A model generated the notes under the pieces. The model searched no databases and was not told where the DNA came from. It was given only the letters and a program-made list of their open reading frames with translations. The translations under genes were made by a program, and so were the position numbers. From an uncultured delta proteobacterium (GTDB lineage: Bacteria; Desulfobacterota; Binatia; Bin18): 64,000 nucleotides of DNA. This document shows, in pieces, positions 20,030-30,632 of this stretch (position 1 is the first letter of the stretch; every line of letters begins with the position of its first letter). The DNA lies in assembly GCA_963733195.1 (NCBI GenBank), contig CAVTCR010000060.1, positions 1 to 64,000 of the forward strand, read 5' to 3'.

Positions 20030-21850
20030 TTACACCTCCAATCCCACCGAGCGCATCAGCGCAAGGGCATTACTCTTCTGCACGATCCCAGGGCGCATAC
20101 GATAGTCAAAGACCAATTTGCCATCGACAAGCTGGTCTTCAAAACAGACATTCGCCGCTCGCGGCGCTAGTGTTTCTGCAATGTGCGCTAACGCAAGATC
20201 GTGAGTCGTCACTAGCCCAATCGCATTTCGATTTATGAGGCCACGAATCAATGCTTCAGCTCCAACGCGGCGATCGTGTGAGTTGGTGCCATGAAGAATT
20301 TCATCGAGTAAGAAAAGCAGCGGTAGTGGACCTTTCGCCAAATCCATGAGCTGTCGAAGGCGGGTAATCTCGGCATAGAAGCGGGAACTACCGGCCTGTA
20401 GCGAATCTTGAATACGGAGTGTGGCGCCAACTGCAAGCGGCGAGAGTCGTAACCGCTGGGCACGAACCGGAGCACCGGCAAGCGCGAGTACCACATTGAT
20501 GCCGATCGTGCGTAATAGCGTACTTTTGCCTGACATGTTTGACCCACTCACCAAGAGGACATGTAACTCGCCGCCGAGCTTCACGTCGTTACGCACACAT
20601 TGTGCATTCGGGAGCAGGGGATGACCAACGGCATCTCCTTCAAAACAAGGACCATCAACAATAAGTTTGGGAAACGGATCGTGCGGATGTTCATAGGCAT
20701 ATCCTGCCAGTGCGCAGAACGCTTCGAACTCACCAAGAGCGGTCAGCCAGCGAGGGATCGCAGAACCGGAACGTGCACGCCAGGCTTCAATAGCCAACAT
20801 GATTTGCGTCTCCCACAACAGTAGAAAGGCAATTGGAATAAACAGTTGATTCTTGGCGGATTCGAGGAGAGAGATCCATTGTCGCAATTTGGTGATTTGC
20901 TTGGAGGGTGGAATGCCGTTTGTATCCAATGTCGCACGAAGCGACACGAGTCGAGGACTGTGAAACTGCTCAGTTTCAAGATGAGCAAGCAACTGCGAAA
21001 AGAGAGTCAGGTCACGAACGGCATGGGTTACCCCAATTCCAGCTTGCCGCATCCACGGTCGGAGGCTGATCTCAAAAGCAAACTTCAGTAACAGTGCCAG
21101 TAAAAACCACAGCGGTCCCCAGCCGAAAACAACTTGCCCGATCAACGTGAATACGGTAAGCCCAGCAAGGCTTGCAGCGATGATCCGCATCACAGTGAGA
21201 CGGGGAAGCGCAGGAGCTTGCGCCCAAGCACTCAGCACTTCTGGATGGACACCAGCACGAACATCTTCTCCGAGTAAGGCAACAGTTTCTCGCAAATCAA
21301 GGCGCGGACGTAACTCTGTAATTGCTAGCTGTCGGGCACGGATTTCTTCGGGTGTTGCAGGTGCACAGAGCCATGCAGCGAGCGTCGCTTCACCACCGCG
21401 CGTGCGTGCAGTACAGATCAGCTCAAAGAGTGAACCTTTGCCGAAGAGATCAAGATCCTGCGCATAGGGATGGTGTTCATCAAGGAACTCAACCCCTTGC
21501 TGCCCTTTCCCGCTCCAGCGGTCTTCTATGCGTGCGATCCCTTGCTCGTAGAACACGACTGCGCGTTTGGCACGGCGGGCTTTTGCACGAATACCTTGGT
21601 GGAAAAGAATCAGTGCAAAAAACGCTGAAAGTGGAAAGAGTAGCCACCATCCAGAAAGAGTGCCGGATCGGACGGCGAACCACCACAACGCCACGCCGAC
21701 AAGAAAGATGAACAAGCGAATGTTTCCAAGCGTCAGATGTTGGCGCTCCAGCTGCGTAACGTCTGCTTGCCAGTGATCTCGTCGCTTGTGATACTCCTCT
21801 TTCGGGTCGTCGAGGGAGAGAGATACAGGTATTGGCTCGTTTATTTTCAC
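20030..21850 (-). CDS. MutS-related protein (MutS domain V ATPase with TM helices)
   Basis: GSNMSGKSTLLR, SRFYAEITR, LDEILHGTNS, TTHDL. Confidence 0.92.
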   Translation of the reverse strand: MKINEPIPVSLSLDDPKEEYHKRRDHWQADVTQLERQHLTLGNIRLFIFLVGVALWWFAVRSGTLSGWWLLFPLSAFFALILFHQGIRAKARRAKRAVVFYEQGIARIEDRWSGKGQQGVEFLDEHHPYAQDLDLFGKGSLFELICTARTRGGEATLAAWLCAPATPEEIRARQLAITELRPRLDLRETVALLGEDVRAGVHPEVLSAWAQAPALPRLTVMRIIAASLAGLTVFTLIGQVVFGWGPLWFLLALLLKFAFEISLRPWMRQAGIGVTHAVRDLTLFSQLLAHLETEQFHSPRLVSLRATLDTNGIPPSKQITKLRQWISLLESAKNQLFIPIAFLLLWETQIMLAIEAWRARSGSAIPRWLTALGEFEAFCALAGYAYEHPHDPFPKLIVDGPCFEGDAVGHPLLPNAQCVRNDVKLGGELHVLLVSGSNMSGKSTLLRTIGINVVLALAGAPVRAQRLRLSPLAVGATLRIQDSLQAGSSRFYAEITRLRQLMDLAKGPLPLLFLLDEILHGTNSHDRRVGAEALIRGLINRNAIGLVTTHDLALAHIAETLAPRAANVCFEDQLVDGKLVFDYRMRPGIVQKSNALALMRSVGLEV

Positions 21851-21896
21851 CTTCTTCGTGTATCATCATTTGTGACTTTTCGCACGAGTACCACCT

Positions 21897-22712
21897 ATGA
21901 CAGAACAGACTTTCGGTCACATTCCAGGCTACCCAGAGGGAAGTTGCTTCGATTCGCGCGAAGCACTCTCGCGTGCTGGGGTACATCGACCACGGATTGC
22001 GGGAATCTCCGGGCGTGGGCAAGAAGGAGCCGACTCAGTGGTTCTTGCTGGCGGCTATGAAGATTGGGAGGACTTCGGCGAAGAGATTCTTTACACTGGA
22101 CATGGTGGCAGAGACCCAGAAAGCAAACGACAAATCGGTCATCAAACCTTAACGCGCGGAAATCTCGCGCTGGCAACCAACAAACTGAGCGAGCTGCCTG
22201 TACGCGTCATTCGTGGAGCGCTACTTCAGTCACCCTACTCCCCTGAGGTAGGGTATCGGTATGATGGGTTGTATCAGGTTGTGGACTACTGGCGTGAGCG
22301 AGGACGATCCGGTTTTTACATTTGGCGATATCGGTTAGTGAAAACGAAACAACACACAAACCGGGAAACCGAGACTGCGCAACAAGTAAAAGCGCTTTAT
22401 CACCATCGTTGTCAGATATGCCGCATTCGTCTTACTGGTCCTGCCGGTCCATGTGCCAAAACTGTTCACATTCGACCTCTGCCTGTACCACACAACGGTC
22501 CAGATGAACCAGAGAACATTCTGTGTCTGTGCCCAAATCATCACGCGCTGTTCGAGATCGGAGGGTTTGCGATTGCTAATGACCTCACTCTCATAGGTAT
22601 GGAAGGTCGTCTGATGATCGATTTCCGCCACCAAGTGAGGCAGGAACATCTGCGTTATCGTCGAGAGCACTATCCTATTGACCTTGACACCTCTCCCAGA
22701 AATCGCTCATAG
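21897..22712 (+). CDS. SRA/YDG-HNH modification-dependent endonuclease
   Basis: FGHIPG, AGISG, SVVLAGGYED, YTGHGG, GYRYDGLY; then CQIC...HIRP...NILCLCPNHH. Confidence 0.9.
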   Translation: MTEQTFGHIPGYPEGSCFDSREALSRAGVHRPRIAGISGRGQEGADSVVLAGGYEDWEDFGEEILYTGHGGRDPESKRQIGHQTLTRGNLALATNKLSELPVRVIRGALLQSPYSPEVGYRYDGLYQVVDYWRERGRSGFYIWRYRLVKTKQHTNRETETAQQVKALYHHRCQICRIRLTGPAGPCAKTVHIRPLPVPHNGPDEPENILCLCPNHHALFEIGGFAIANDLTLIGMEGRLMIDFRHQVRQEHLRYRREHYPIDLDTSPRNRS

Positions 22713-23728
22713 ACAAAAGTGGTAGGATAACCAGATGCGCGCGGCAGTCCCTGCTCCTCTTTCGATCGCTCGAAGTTGAACACTCGTAACAGCCACAACA
22801 CCTCGTACAACTTGAAAAGCGAGGATGAGACAATTTTCCGCCCAGTTGCTCCGTAGCCGTTCATGAAGGCAGCAAACAGAGCGGGATCGTGGGCAAGTTC
22901 GCCTCCTCTATCTCTCGCTGTCCAATACTTCATTTTGACAAAATCAAGATGCGGTGCATCGATGACAGCATTATCCCAGTCGATAATCGCGGCAATCGAT
23001 CCATCCCGCACGATAATGTTTCCTGGTGCAAAGTCATTATGCACAAGATATGGAAGGCAGGGATTCACAGAGGGGATCGGAAGACTGCGTAGCTGCTCGA
23101 TGACCTCATCTCGCAGTCGGCCCTTGGCAGCGTGTACTTCTTTCTCTAACGCCGCTTGGAATCGTGCAGACCAACTCACTGGCTGTGTTCCGATTGCTAA
23201 GAAGTCTGCATAGAAGGCTGACAACTGCACGCTGTGAATGTGAGCAAGTACTTGGCCTACACGTCCATAGAGATGGGGTTCTGGAGTATCCCACAATGGC
23301 ACCCCGTCTACCCACTCGTAGATACAATAGGGATGCGGAAGATACTGTCGTGACCAGTCGAAATAGCGTAATGCTGGCAAGATTCCACGATGATCAGATA
23401 TAATGCCACGTTGTGAGGATCTCATCTTTGCAAAGGCCGTAGCAATTGCCGTGTCGTCGGCAGTGTTCCTACGATTACTCAACAACCAGGAGACAAATCC
23501 TTCTTTGATGAGGTCTGGCTCATAACGATAAACCGTTTCCTGCGTACGAACGCGCAGTCCGTAGGTCTGACCATTGCCTTCTACTTTGATGATCGTATTG
23601 ATGTTGCCGAACAAGACATCGCAAACCCGTAGCGGTACTGACTTCTGAAAAAGCGGAGAAAACGCTCGCTCAAGCTGACGTTGATCAAAGGGACATGCAA
23701 TTCCTGTAGATGCCTCAGGTACAGCCAT
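22670..23728 (-). CDS. Aminoglycoside phosphotransferase/choline kinase-like protein
   Basis: LVHNDFAPGNII, IIDWDNA. Confidence 0.82.
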   Translation of the reverse strand: MAVPEASTGIACPFDQRQLERAFSPLFQKSVPLRVCDVLFGNINTIIKVEGNGQTYGLRVRTQETVYRYEPDLIKEGFVSWLLSNRRNTADDTAIATAFAKMRSSQRGIISDHRGILPALRYFDWSRQYLPHPYCIYEWVDGVPLWDTPEPHLYGRVGQVLAHIHSVQLSAFYADFLAIGTQPVSWSARFQAALEKEVHAAKGRLRDEVIEQLRSLPIPSVNPCLPYLVHNDFAPGNIIVRDGSIAAIIDWDNAVIDAPHLDFVKMKYWTARDRGGELAHDPALFAAFMNGYGATGRKIVSSSLFKLYEVLWLLRVFNFERSKEEQGLPRASGYPTTFVYERFLGEVSRSIG

Positions 23729-23735
23729 GCGCAAC

Positions 23736-24662
23736 CTATCCTTTGAAAGTGCTCGGACCGAAGTCTCCGAACGGCTCGTCACGTTCCCGCACAGCTTGCT
23801 TGAAGCCCACATCTGCGGCACGCTGCTGAAAAGCATAGCCTTCCTTAGTGTGACGCGTAATCCCGTCAAAAACCGTGCCGAGAATTTGTGTCGGCTGTAA
23901 GCCAGCCGCTAGAACGGTTTGATTCACCAGCAGTTTCATCATCACGAGTTGATTAATCGGCATACGCGCAATACGTTCGAGTAGGATCTCAAATCGTTCA
24001 CTCAGCATGTCAGCAGAGGAACATTCAGTCGCGAGTCCCCACGCCACCGCTTCTTTGCCATTCAAACAATCCCCAGTAAAAAGCAGCCGTTTCGCTTTCT
24101 CGATACCAATGCGAAACGCCCAGACTGCAGTTGTCGGTGAGCCCCACACGCGTGCAGGTGGGTACCCGATCTTGGCATCTTCGGCAATGATGAGCAGGTC
24201 GCTACACAACGCCATATCGGTCCCACCGGCCACACAGAAGCCGTGCACTTTACAGATGACTGGCTTGTTCGCGTAGAACAGGCTCATAAAGCCCCGCACG
24301 TAGCGTGACATCATTTGGTAGTCGATTATCGGATCCCACGTTTCACCGGGAGTGTGATTGCGCGCTATCACTTTTGGATCAAGCGGAGACCCGTCTGGGA
24401 TCCACGAGTCGCCAAGCTCAGCGCTGTGTCCTTCACTCATACGCTCCGCGCTCGCAACAAGATCATACCCGCCACAAAAACCTTTACCATTGCCCGACAA
24501 CGCAATGACATGAACGTTTGGATCAAGGTCCGCTCGTTCAACACATTCCGCCAGTTCACGTGGCAGGTCGAGGGTAATACCGTTCCCCCGCTCTGGTCGA
24601 TTCAACGTGACCCGCGCAATGCGTCCAGTAACTTCGTATGTCATCGTTTCCAAGGTCTCCAT
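23736..24662 (-). CDS. Crotonase/enoyl-CoA hydratase family protein
   Basis: TLNRPERGN, FCGGYDL, VHGFCVAGG, IGYPPARVWG. Confidence 0.92.
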   Translation of the reverse strand: METLETMTYEVTGRIARVTLNRPERGNGITLDLPRELAECVERADLDPNVHVIALSGNGKGFCGGYDLVASAERMSEGHSAELGDSWIPDGSPLDPKVIARNHTPGETWDPIIDYQMMSRYVRGFMSLFYANKPVICKVHGFCVAGGTDMALCSDLLIIAEDAKIGYPPARVWGSPTTAVWAFRIGIEKAKRLLFTGDCLNGKEAVAWGLATECSSADMLSERFEILLERIARMPINQLVMMKLLVNQTVLAAGLQPTQILGTVFDGITRHTKEGYAFQQRAADVGFKQAVRERDEPFGDFGPSTFKG

Positions 24663-24765
24663 GGTCTTCTCTCCTTTATCCTCTGTACTCCAGAGTGGAC
24701 GCGGCGTATTGTGATGCTCTGCTTAGCAAGTGACACGTACGACTGCAACAAAGGAGGCGCACACA

Positions 24766-25644
24766 ATGGCGACCCAAGCAAAAGATCACGTCTACGTTGG
24801 GATGGACTGTGGGACGCGACAGTACGAGATTTCACCCCAGTTAGTGCAGCAGTACGCCGATGCGATTCATGACCGTAATCCGTGGTACGCTGGCGCATCT
24901 CCATTCGGCGACTCGGTGGCACCCGCGCTCATCCGCCACTCAGAGATGTATGTCGATCGACGTTGGTATCTGCCTTACATCTACGGCAATCTACACGCTC
25001 GGCAGGAGTGGGAGTTGTTCTCGCCGATTAAAGTTGGAGAATGCATCTCAACGCACTCAGTAGTTGTAGACCGTTACACGAAACGTGGACGTGACTACGT
25101 TGTCAATGAGGTGTTGATGCTTGGTGCTGATGGCCGTCTCTGCGTCCGCAGCCGTACGCATCAAAGCTTCCTCCGCGAAGCCGTGACCACCGGTCTCGTC
25201 TTTGGCAAAGAACGCGAGAAAGAAATAGGCCGCCGTTTCGACGTTGGTCAAGGAACGATATTGGAAACACTCTCTCCGATTCAGAAAGAAGTTGATCTTG
25301 ACATGTGTATGCACTTCTCTGGCCCAGGCAAGAATTACCACACTGATCGTGAGGAGGCGATTAAGCTCGGATTTCCTGAAGTCGTCGTGCAAGGCATGAT
25401 GTCGATCTGCTTTATCTCTGAATTACTGACACGTCGGTTTGGCGAGGGTTGGTACTGCGGGGGGAAAATGAATGTGAACCTCGTGAACGTGCTCTGGGGT
25501 GGAGAAACAGTCACGACACATGGGGTGATTAAGGAAATTACGCCCGAAGGCAGTCGCCAACGAGCATATTTGGAAGTCTGGTGTCAGAAGGCAGACGGTA
25601 CGGTGATCACCGTCGGTAGTGCCAGCGCGGTTATTGATGCTTGA
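24766..25644 (+). CDS. Tandem MaoC/hotdog-fold dehydratase
   Basis: YADAIHDRNPWY and NYHTDREEAIKLGFPEVVVQGMM; AAGGAGG RBS. Confidence 0.85.
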   Translation: MATQAKDHVYVGMDCGTRQYEISPQLVQQYADAIHDRNPWYAGASPFGDSVAPALIRHSEMYVDRRWYLPYIYGNLHARQEWELFSPIKVGECISTHSVVVDRYTKRGRDYVVNEVLMLGADGRLCVRSRTHQSFLREAVTTGLVFGKEREKEIGRRFDVGQGTILETLSPIQKEVDLDMCMHFSGPGKNYHTDREEAIKLGFPEVVVQGMMSICFISELLTRRFGEGWYCGGKMNVNLVNVLWGGETVTTHGVIKEITPEGSRQRAYLEVWCQKADGTVITVGSASAVIDA

Positions 25645-25672
25645 CAGCTCCAGGTTTCATGAAGGCCGACAT

Positions 25673-28600
25673 ATGACGTGTCCACGATGTCATACTGAGA
25701 ACAAGATCGGGCGAAAATTCTGTTCAGCCTGTGGTCAAGCTCTGCCGTCCGCATGCGCACGATGCGGATTCATCAATGATCCAGACGATCGCTTTTGTGG
25801 CGGGTGTGGTGTTTCGTTCGTAATCAGTTATCAGTTGCCAGTTGTCAGTCCCCAGCCCCCAATGGGTCAAGTCTGTCGTCCGCATGCGCAGATGCGGATT
25901 CATCAATGCTCAAGGCGATCGCTTTTGTGCCGGGTAGAGGTGTTTCGTAGGTAATCAGTTATTTGTTGCCAATTGCCAGGTGCCAGTCACCCATTTGGTG
26001 TATCAAGTGCAGAATTTCAAATCTACTTAATTATCAGGTGGCACTGGGCAGTTGCTAGTTATTAATGTATTGCGGCGGGTGTGGCAGATGCAGAGTAAAT
26101 GACTCTGGAGATGGAGGGTAGCATAAGGTTTCGTCGTACGAGACAGTGGCGGGTGGGAGTATCAAGTTCAGAATTTCAGGTTTTACGCTCCCCACCCCCA
26201 GCACCTAGCCCTCTAGCCGACGACGAGCGGAAAATTATCACCGCTTTATTTGCCGATCTCAAAGGGTCAACGGCGTTGATTGAAAGCCTGGACCCCGAAG
26301 AGGCCCGAGCGATTATCGACCCCGCACTACAGCTCATGATGGATGCGGTGCACCGCTACAACGGCTACGTCGCACAAGTCTTGGGCGACGGTATCTTTGC
26401 CTTGTTTGGTGCTCCAGTCGCGCAGGAAGATCATCCCCAGCGTGCGCTGTATGCCGCACTCCGGATGCAGGAAGGAATGCGCCAATATGCCGACATGCGG
26501 CGAGCACAAGGCCAACCTCCACTGCTGATGCGGGTCGGAGTGAACACTGGTGAAGTCGTAGTGCGGTCCATTCGTAAAGACGACCTTCATGTAGACTACG
26601 TACCGGTAGGGCATTCGACCAATTTGGCAGCGCGGATGGAACAACTGGCCGCACCGGGCGCGATTCTCGTCACCGAGCAAACTCATCGCCTGACGGAGGG
26701 GTACTTTGCGTTCAAGGACTTAGGCAAGACCCAAATCAAAGGGGTCGAAGAGCTGCTGAACGTGTACGAAGTGTTGGGAGTCGGGCCACTCAGAACGCGG
26801 CTACAAGTCTCGGCGCGGCGAGGGCTCACCCGTTTCGTCGGACGACAGCGTGAAATGGAGCAGCTCCAGCGGGCCTTAGAGCAAGCTAAGACGGGACGCG
26901 GCCAAATCGTAGGCGTCATGGGCGAGGCGGGGTTAGGGAAGTCACGGCTGTTTCACGAGTTTGTAGGGGCGTACGGTCGTACGCCCCTACTGGTGCTACA
27001 AGCGTTCTCCGTCTCGCATGGCAAACCCTTACCGTACCTGCCGTTGATCGAATTGCTCAAAGGGTACTTTGACATCCGTGCAGAGGACGACGAACGTAAG
27101 CGACGGGAGAAGGTCGGTGGCAAAGTGCTCATGCTCGACCGCAGCTTGGAAGATACCCTGCTCTATCTCTTTGCTTTGCTGGGAATTGAAGAGCAACCTT
27201 CGCCCTTACAACAGATGGACCTACAGATTCGCCGCTGGCGAACCTTTGAGGCGCTCAAACGCTTATTCTTCCGTGAGAGTCTCAATCAACCGTTGATCCT
27301 CATCTTCGAGGACTTGCACTGGATTGATAGTGAGACCCAAGGCTTCTTGGATACGCTCAGTGAAGGCGTGGCGTCTGCGCGGATTCTCCTATTCGTAAAC
27401 TACCGGCCTGAATATCAGCACGAGTGGGGCAGCAAGACCTATTATACCCAACTCCGTCTGATTCCGTTTGGTAAAGCCGAGGCGGAAGAGTTTCTCGACG
27501 CTCTCCTGGGTATTCCCGTAGGGGCCGATCTGCGTACGTTTGGTCGGCCCACGGGGACCAGGTGCACACCTTGGTGCGCCCCTACAAGCTCTCAAACAAC
27601 TCATTCTGGAGAAGACCGAGGGCACGCCGTTTTTCATGGAAGAGATTGTGCAAACCTTGGTAGAAGAAGGCACGCTGGCAGGTGAGCGTGGCGACTATCA
27701 GCTTACGCAACACGCCCCAACGCTGCACCTTCCGGCTACGGTCCAAGGTGTCCTGGCAGCCCGAATTGATCGGTTAGTTCCGGAGGAAAAGGCGTTGCTG
27801 CAACAACTCGCCGTGATCGGACACGCATTCTCCCTGGGTTTGGTCCGCCAAGTCGTCACTCAACCGGAAGACGACCTTTACCGCCTCCTCTCCTCCCTCC
27901 AGCGCAAAGAGTTTCTCTACGAACAACTAACCTTCCCAGAGGTGGAGTACGTCTTCAAGCACGCACTGACACAGGAAGTCGCGTACAACTCCGTCTTGAT
28001 CGAACGCCGCAAAGCCCTGCATGAGCAAACCGCGCAGGCAATCGAAACCCTCTTTCCTGATCGATTAGAGGAGCATTACAGCGAGTTAGCTCATCATTAC
28101 AGTCGCAGTGGTAATACGGAGAAAGCGATTCACTACCTGCATCTCTCCGGACAACAAGCTGCGCAAAACTCGGCTCATATGGAAGCTGTCAGCCACTTCA
28201 CTACAGCCCTGGATTTGCTCAAGACTCTCCCTGATACGCCTGAACGGGTGCAGCGGGAACTCCCTTTGCAGCTCACCTTGGCGGCATCCCTGCAAGTCAC
28301 AAAAGGACCCTCTGCCCCAGAGGTGGAAAATGCGTATACACGGGCGCGGGCGCTCTGTCAGCAAGGGAAAGACGAGCGGCAGCTTTTTGCGGTCCTTCGT
28401 GGCTTGTGGCTACTCCATCACGTCCAAGCAGATTTAGCGGCAGCACGTGAGACTGGAGAACAACTGCTCTCCATGGCTGAACAAATCCAAGACCATGCGC
28501 TACTCTTGGAAGCACGTCGAACCCTGGGAAGTACGCTACTGTGGCAAGGAGAATTTCCTCTCGCCCGTATGCATTTGGAACAGGCGGTTGCCCTCTACGA

Positions 28601-29517
28601 TCAACAACAGCACGATTCTCTGAAGTTCCTGTATGGCGGAGCAGACCCAGGGATAGTGTGTCTGTGTGAACTGGCTCGGGTGCTGTGGTTTCTCGGTTAT
28701 CCAGACCAAGCTCTGCTGAAAAGTCAAGCAGCGTTAACGTTTGCGCGTAATCGTTCTGATCCATTCAGCCTCGGATTCGCTCTGGTTTTCGCAGCGGGCC
28801 TTCACCAACTGCGCCGTGAAGGACAAAGCACGCAGAATCACGCCGAAGATGGAATTGCCCTCGCACGAGAACACGGCTTTGCTGCCTTATTGTCAGCAGG
28901 AACAATTCGGCAAGGATGGGCCTTCGCAGAACAGGGGCAAGAAGAAGAAGGCTTAAGCTACATGCAACAAGGGTTGACAGCCCGACAAGCGACGGGAGCG
29001 GAGCTAGCGCAACCATACTTTCTTGCCTTACAGGCTGAGGTCTATGGAAAACTAGGACAGAGGGAACACGCGCTGACCTTGCTCTCCCAAGCGTTGGCGG
29101 CAATGTACGCCAGTGGGGAGCATCGCCTAGAAGCCGAGCTATATCGCCTCAAAGGGGAACTGACGCTACAAAAGTCTGAATGCGGTCTCGGAATGTCTCG
29201 AATGAAGTCAGACAACTCCGAACAGCCCAATCCCCTTCACAACATCCTAGCATCCCAATGTTCAAGGCGAAGCCGAAGAATGTTTTCTGAAGGCCATTGA
29301 CATTGCCCAACGACAGCAAGCTAAATCCCTCGAACTCCGCGCTACGGTTAGCCTGGCGCGTCTGTGGCAACAACAAGGCAAGCAGCACGCAGCACGCAAC
29401 ATGTTATCTGCAATCTACAACTGGTTTACGGAAGGGTTTGATACAGTGGATCTCAAAGAGGCAAAGGCGTTGCTTGAGGAATTGAGCCATTGGAACATTG
29501 ATTCATCGGGTCATTGA
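25673..29517 (+). CDS. Double zinc-ribbon + class-3 adenylate/guanylate cyclase + AAA ATPase + TPR protein (several frameshifts)
   Basis: CPRC...FCSACG; [16 protein letters not shown]; [11 protein letters not shown]; TNLAARME; [10 protein letters not shown]; FEDLHWID; [11 protein letters not shown]; [17 protein letters not shown]. Confidence 0.88.
26963..26990. repeat. Perfect REP palindrome read in frame inside the cyclase gene
   Basis: GTAGGGGCGTACG-GT-CGTACGCCCCTAC, translated as VGAYGRTPL. Confidence 0.85.
27518..27586. repeat. REP doublet inside the cyclase gene
   Basis: gtaggggccgatc...ggtcggccc...ggtgcacaccttggtgcgcccctaca. Confidence 0.75.
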
Positions 29518-29590
29518 TTCATTGGGGAAAACTAATTTTCAATGAGTCAATGGGGAAATGAAATAATGTCGAGTTAGAAAGGAATCTGAG

Positions 29591-30412
29591 ATGATATCAC
29601 TCAACGGACAAGTTGCGCTCGTTACTGGCGGCGCACGAGGTATTGGACGAGGTATTGCTCTGGCTCTCGCGCAAGCTGGAGCCGATGTTGCCATTGCTGA
29701 TCTCGAACACATTGCCAGTACCGCTCAGCAATACAGTACCGCAGCGATTGGCGGTTTTACTGAAGCGCAAAAGACCGCTGAAGAGATCACCAGGCTCGGG
29801 CGTCGGTCGCTAGCGATTCAAGCGGATGTGCGCAAGAAAGAAGATAACGACCGTATGGTCAAAGAGACCCTCAACAGCCTGGGTGCTCTCCACATCCTCG
29901 TCTGTAACGCTGGAGTAGTAAGCGTCGCTCCCGTCGAGGGCATGACCGAAGAGATGTGGGATTTGACCTTTGCGGTTAATGTCAAAGGCGTTTTTCTGTC
30001 ATGTCAGGCAGCACTTCCGACCATGAAAAAAAATGGCAAGGGCTGCATTATCAACATTGCTTCCATCGCAGGAAAGAACGGCGCTGCTGGGCTTGCGCAT
30101 TATTGCGCGTCGAAGTTTGCAGTCGTAGGGTTTACTAATTCCCTCGCCAAGGAATTAGCCGCGACGAATATTCGAGTGAACGCTGTCTGTCCAGGTATCT
30201 TGCGCACGCAGATGTGGGAGTATTTGGCAGAGACGTTAAAACGGTCCAACGAATCCAAAGAAGATGCGTGGCAACGCTACATCAAGGGCATGATCCCGCT
30301 CGGACGCCCGCAAACACCGGAGGATATTGGGCAACTAGCGGTCTATCTCGCTGCGGCGGAGAATGTGACTGGGCAGGCGATTAACGTGGACGGTGGAGTC
30401 GAGTTGCATTAA
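29591..30412 (+). CDS. SDR family NAD(P)-dependent oxidoreductase
   Basis: TGGARGIG, CNAG, YCASK, NAVCPG. Confidence 0.93.
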   Translation: MISLNGQVALVTGGARGIGRGIALALAQAGADVAIADLEHIASTAQQYSTAAIGGFTEAQKTAEEITRLGRRSLAIQADVRKKEDNDRMVKETLNSLGALHILVCNAGVVSVAPVEGMTEEMWDLTFAVNVKGVFLSCQAALPTMKKNGKGCIINIASIAGKNGAAGLAHYCASKFAVVGFTNSLAKELAATNIRVNAVCPGILRTQMWEYLAETLKRSNESKEDAWQRYIKGMIPLGRPQTPEDIGQLAVYLAAAENVTGQAINVDGGVELH

Positions 30413-30445
30413 TATTGCTGCAAGCTTTTGTACGCGGGTCTCACC

Positions 30446-30527
30446 CCTGGCTGCCAGCTTCCGCTGGAATGACGACGCCCACCTGCTCCGTCATTCCGGG
30501 CGAGCAACGCGAGACCCGGAATCCAGG
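30446..30527. repeat. REP-like inverted pair (CGTCATTCCG...GGAATCCAG family)
   Basis: cctggctgccagcttccgctggaatgacg ... cgtcattccgggcgagcaacgcgagacccggaatccagg. Confidence 0.65.
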
Positions 30528-30632
30528 AGCCTCGTGTTTCTGCCTTCGCGATTGGCGCCCTTCGCTATCGGGAACTCAAGGTGAACGATGAGGAATGTCC
30601 GATTTTGTACTACGCGCCAGAGAACTCCGCTA

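Noticed and set aside
25745-26100. Degenerate tandem duplication of the zinc-ribbon segment (about 25745-25860 repeated at about 25876-25990)
   Set aside because: The second copy is garbled and followed by noisy sequence; it looks like a consensus or misassembly artefact and cannot be supported without reads.
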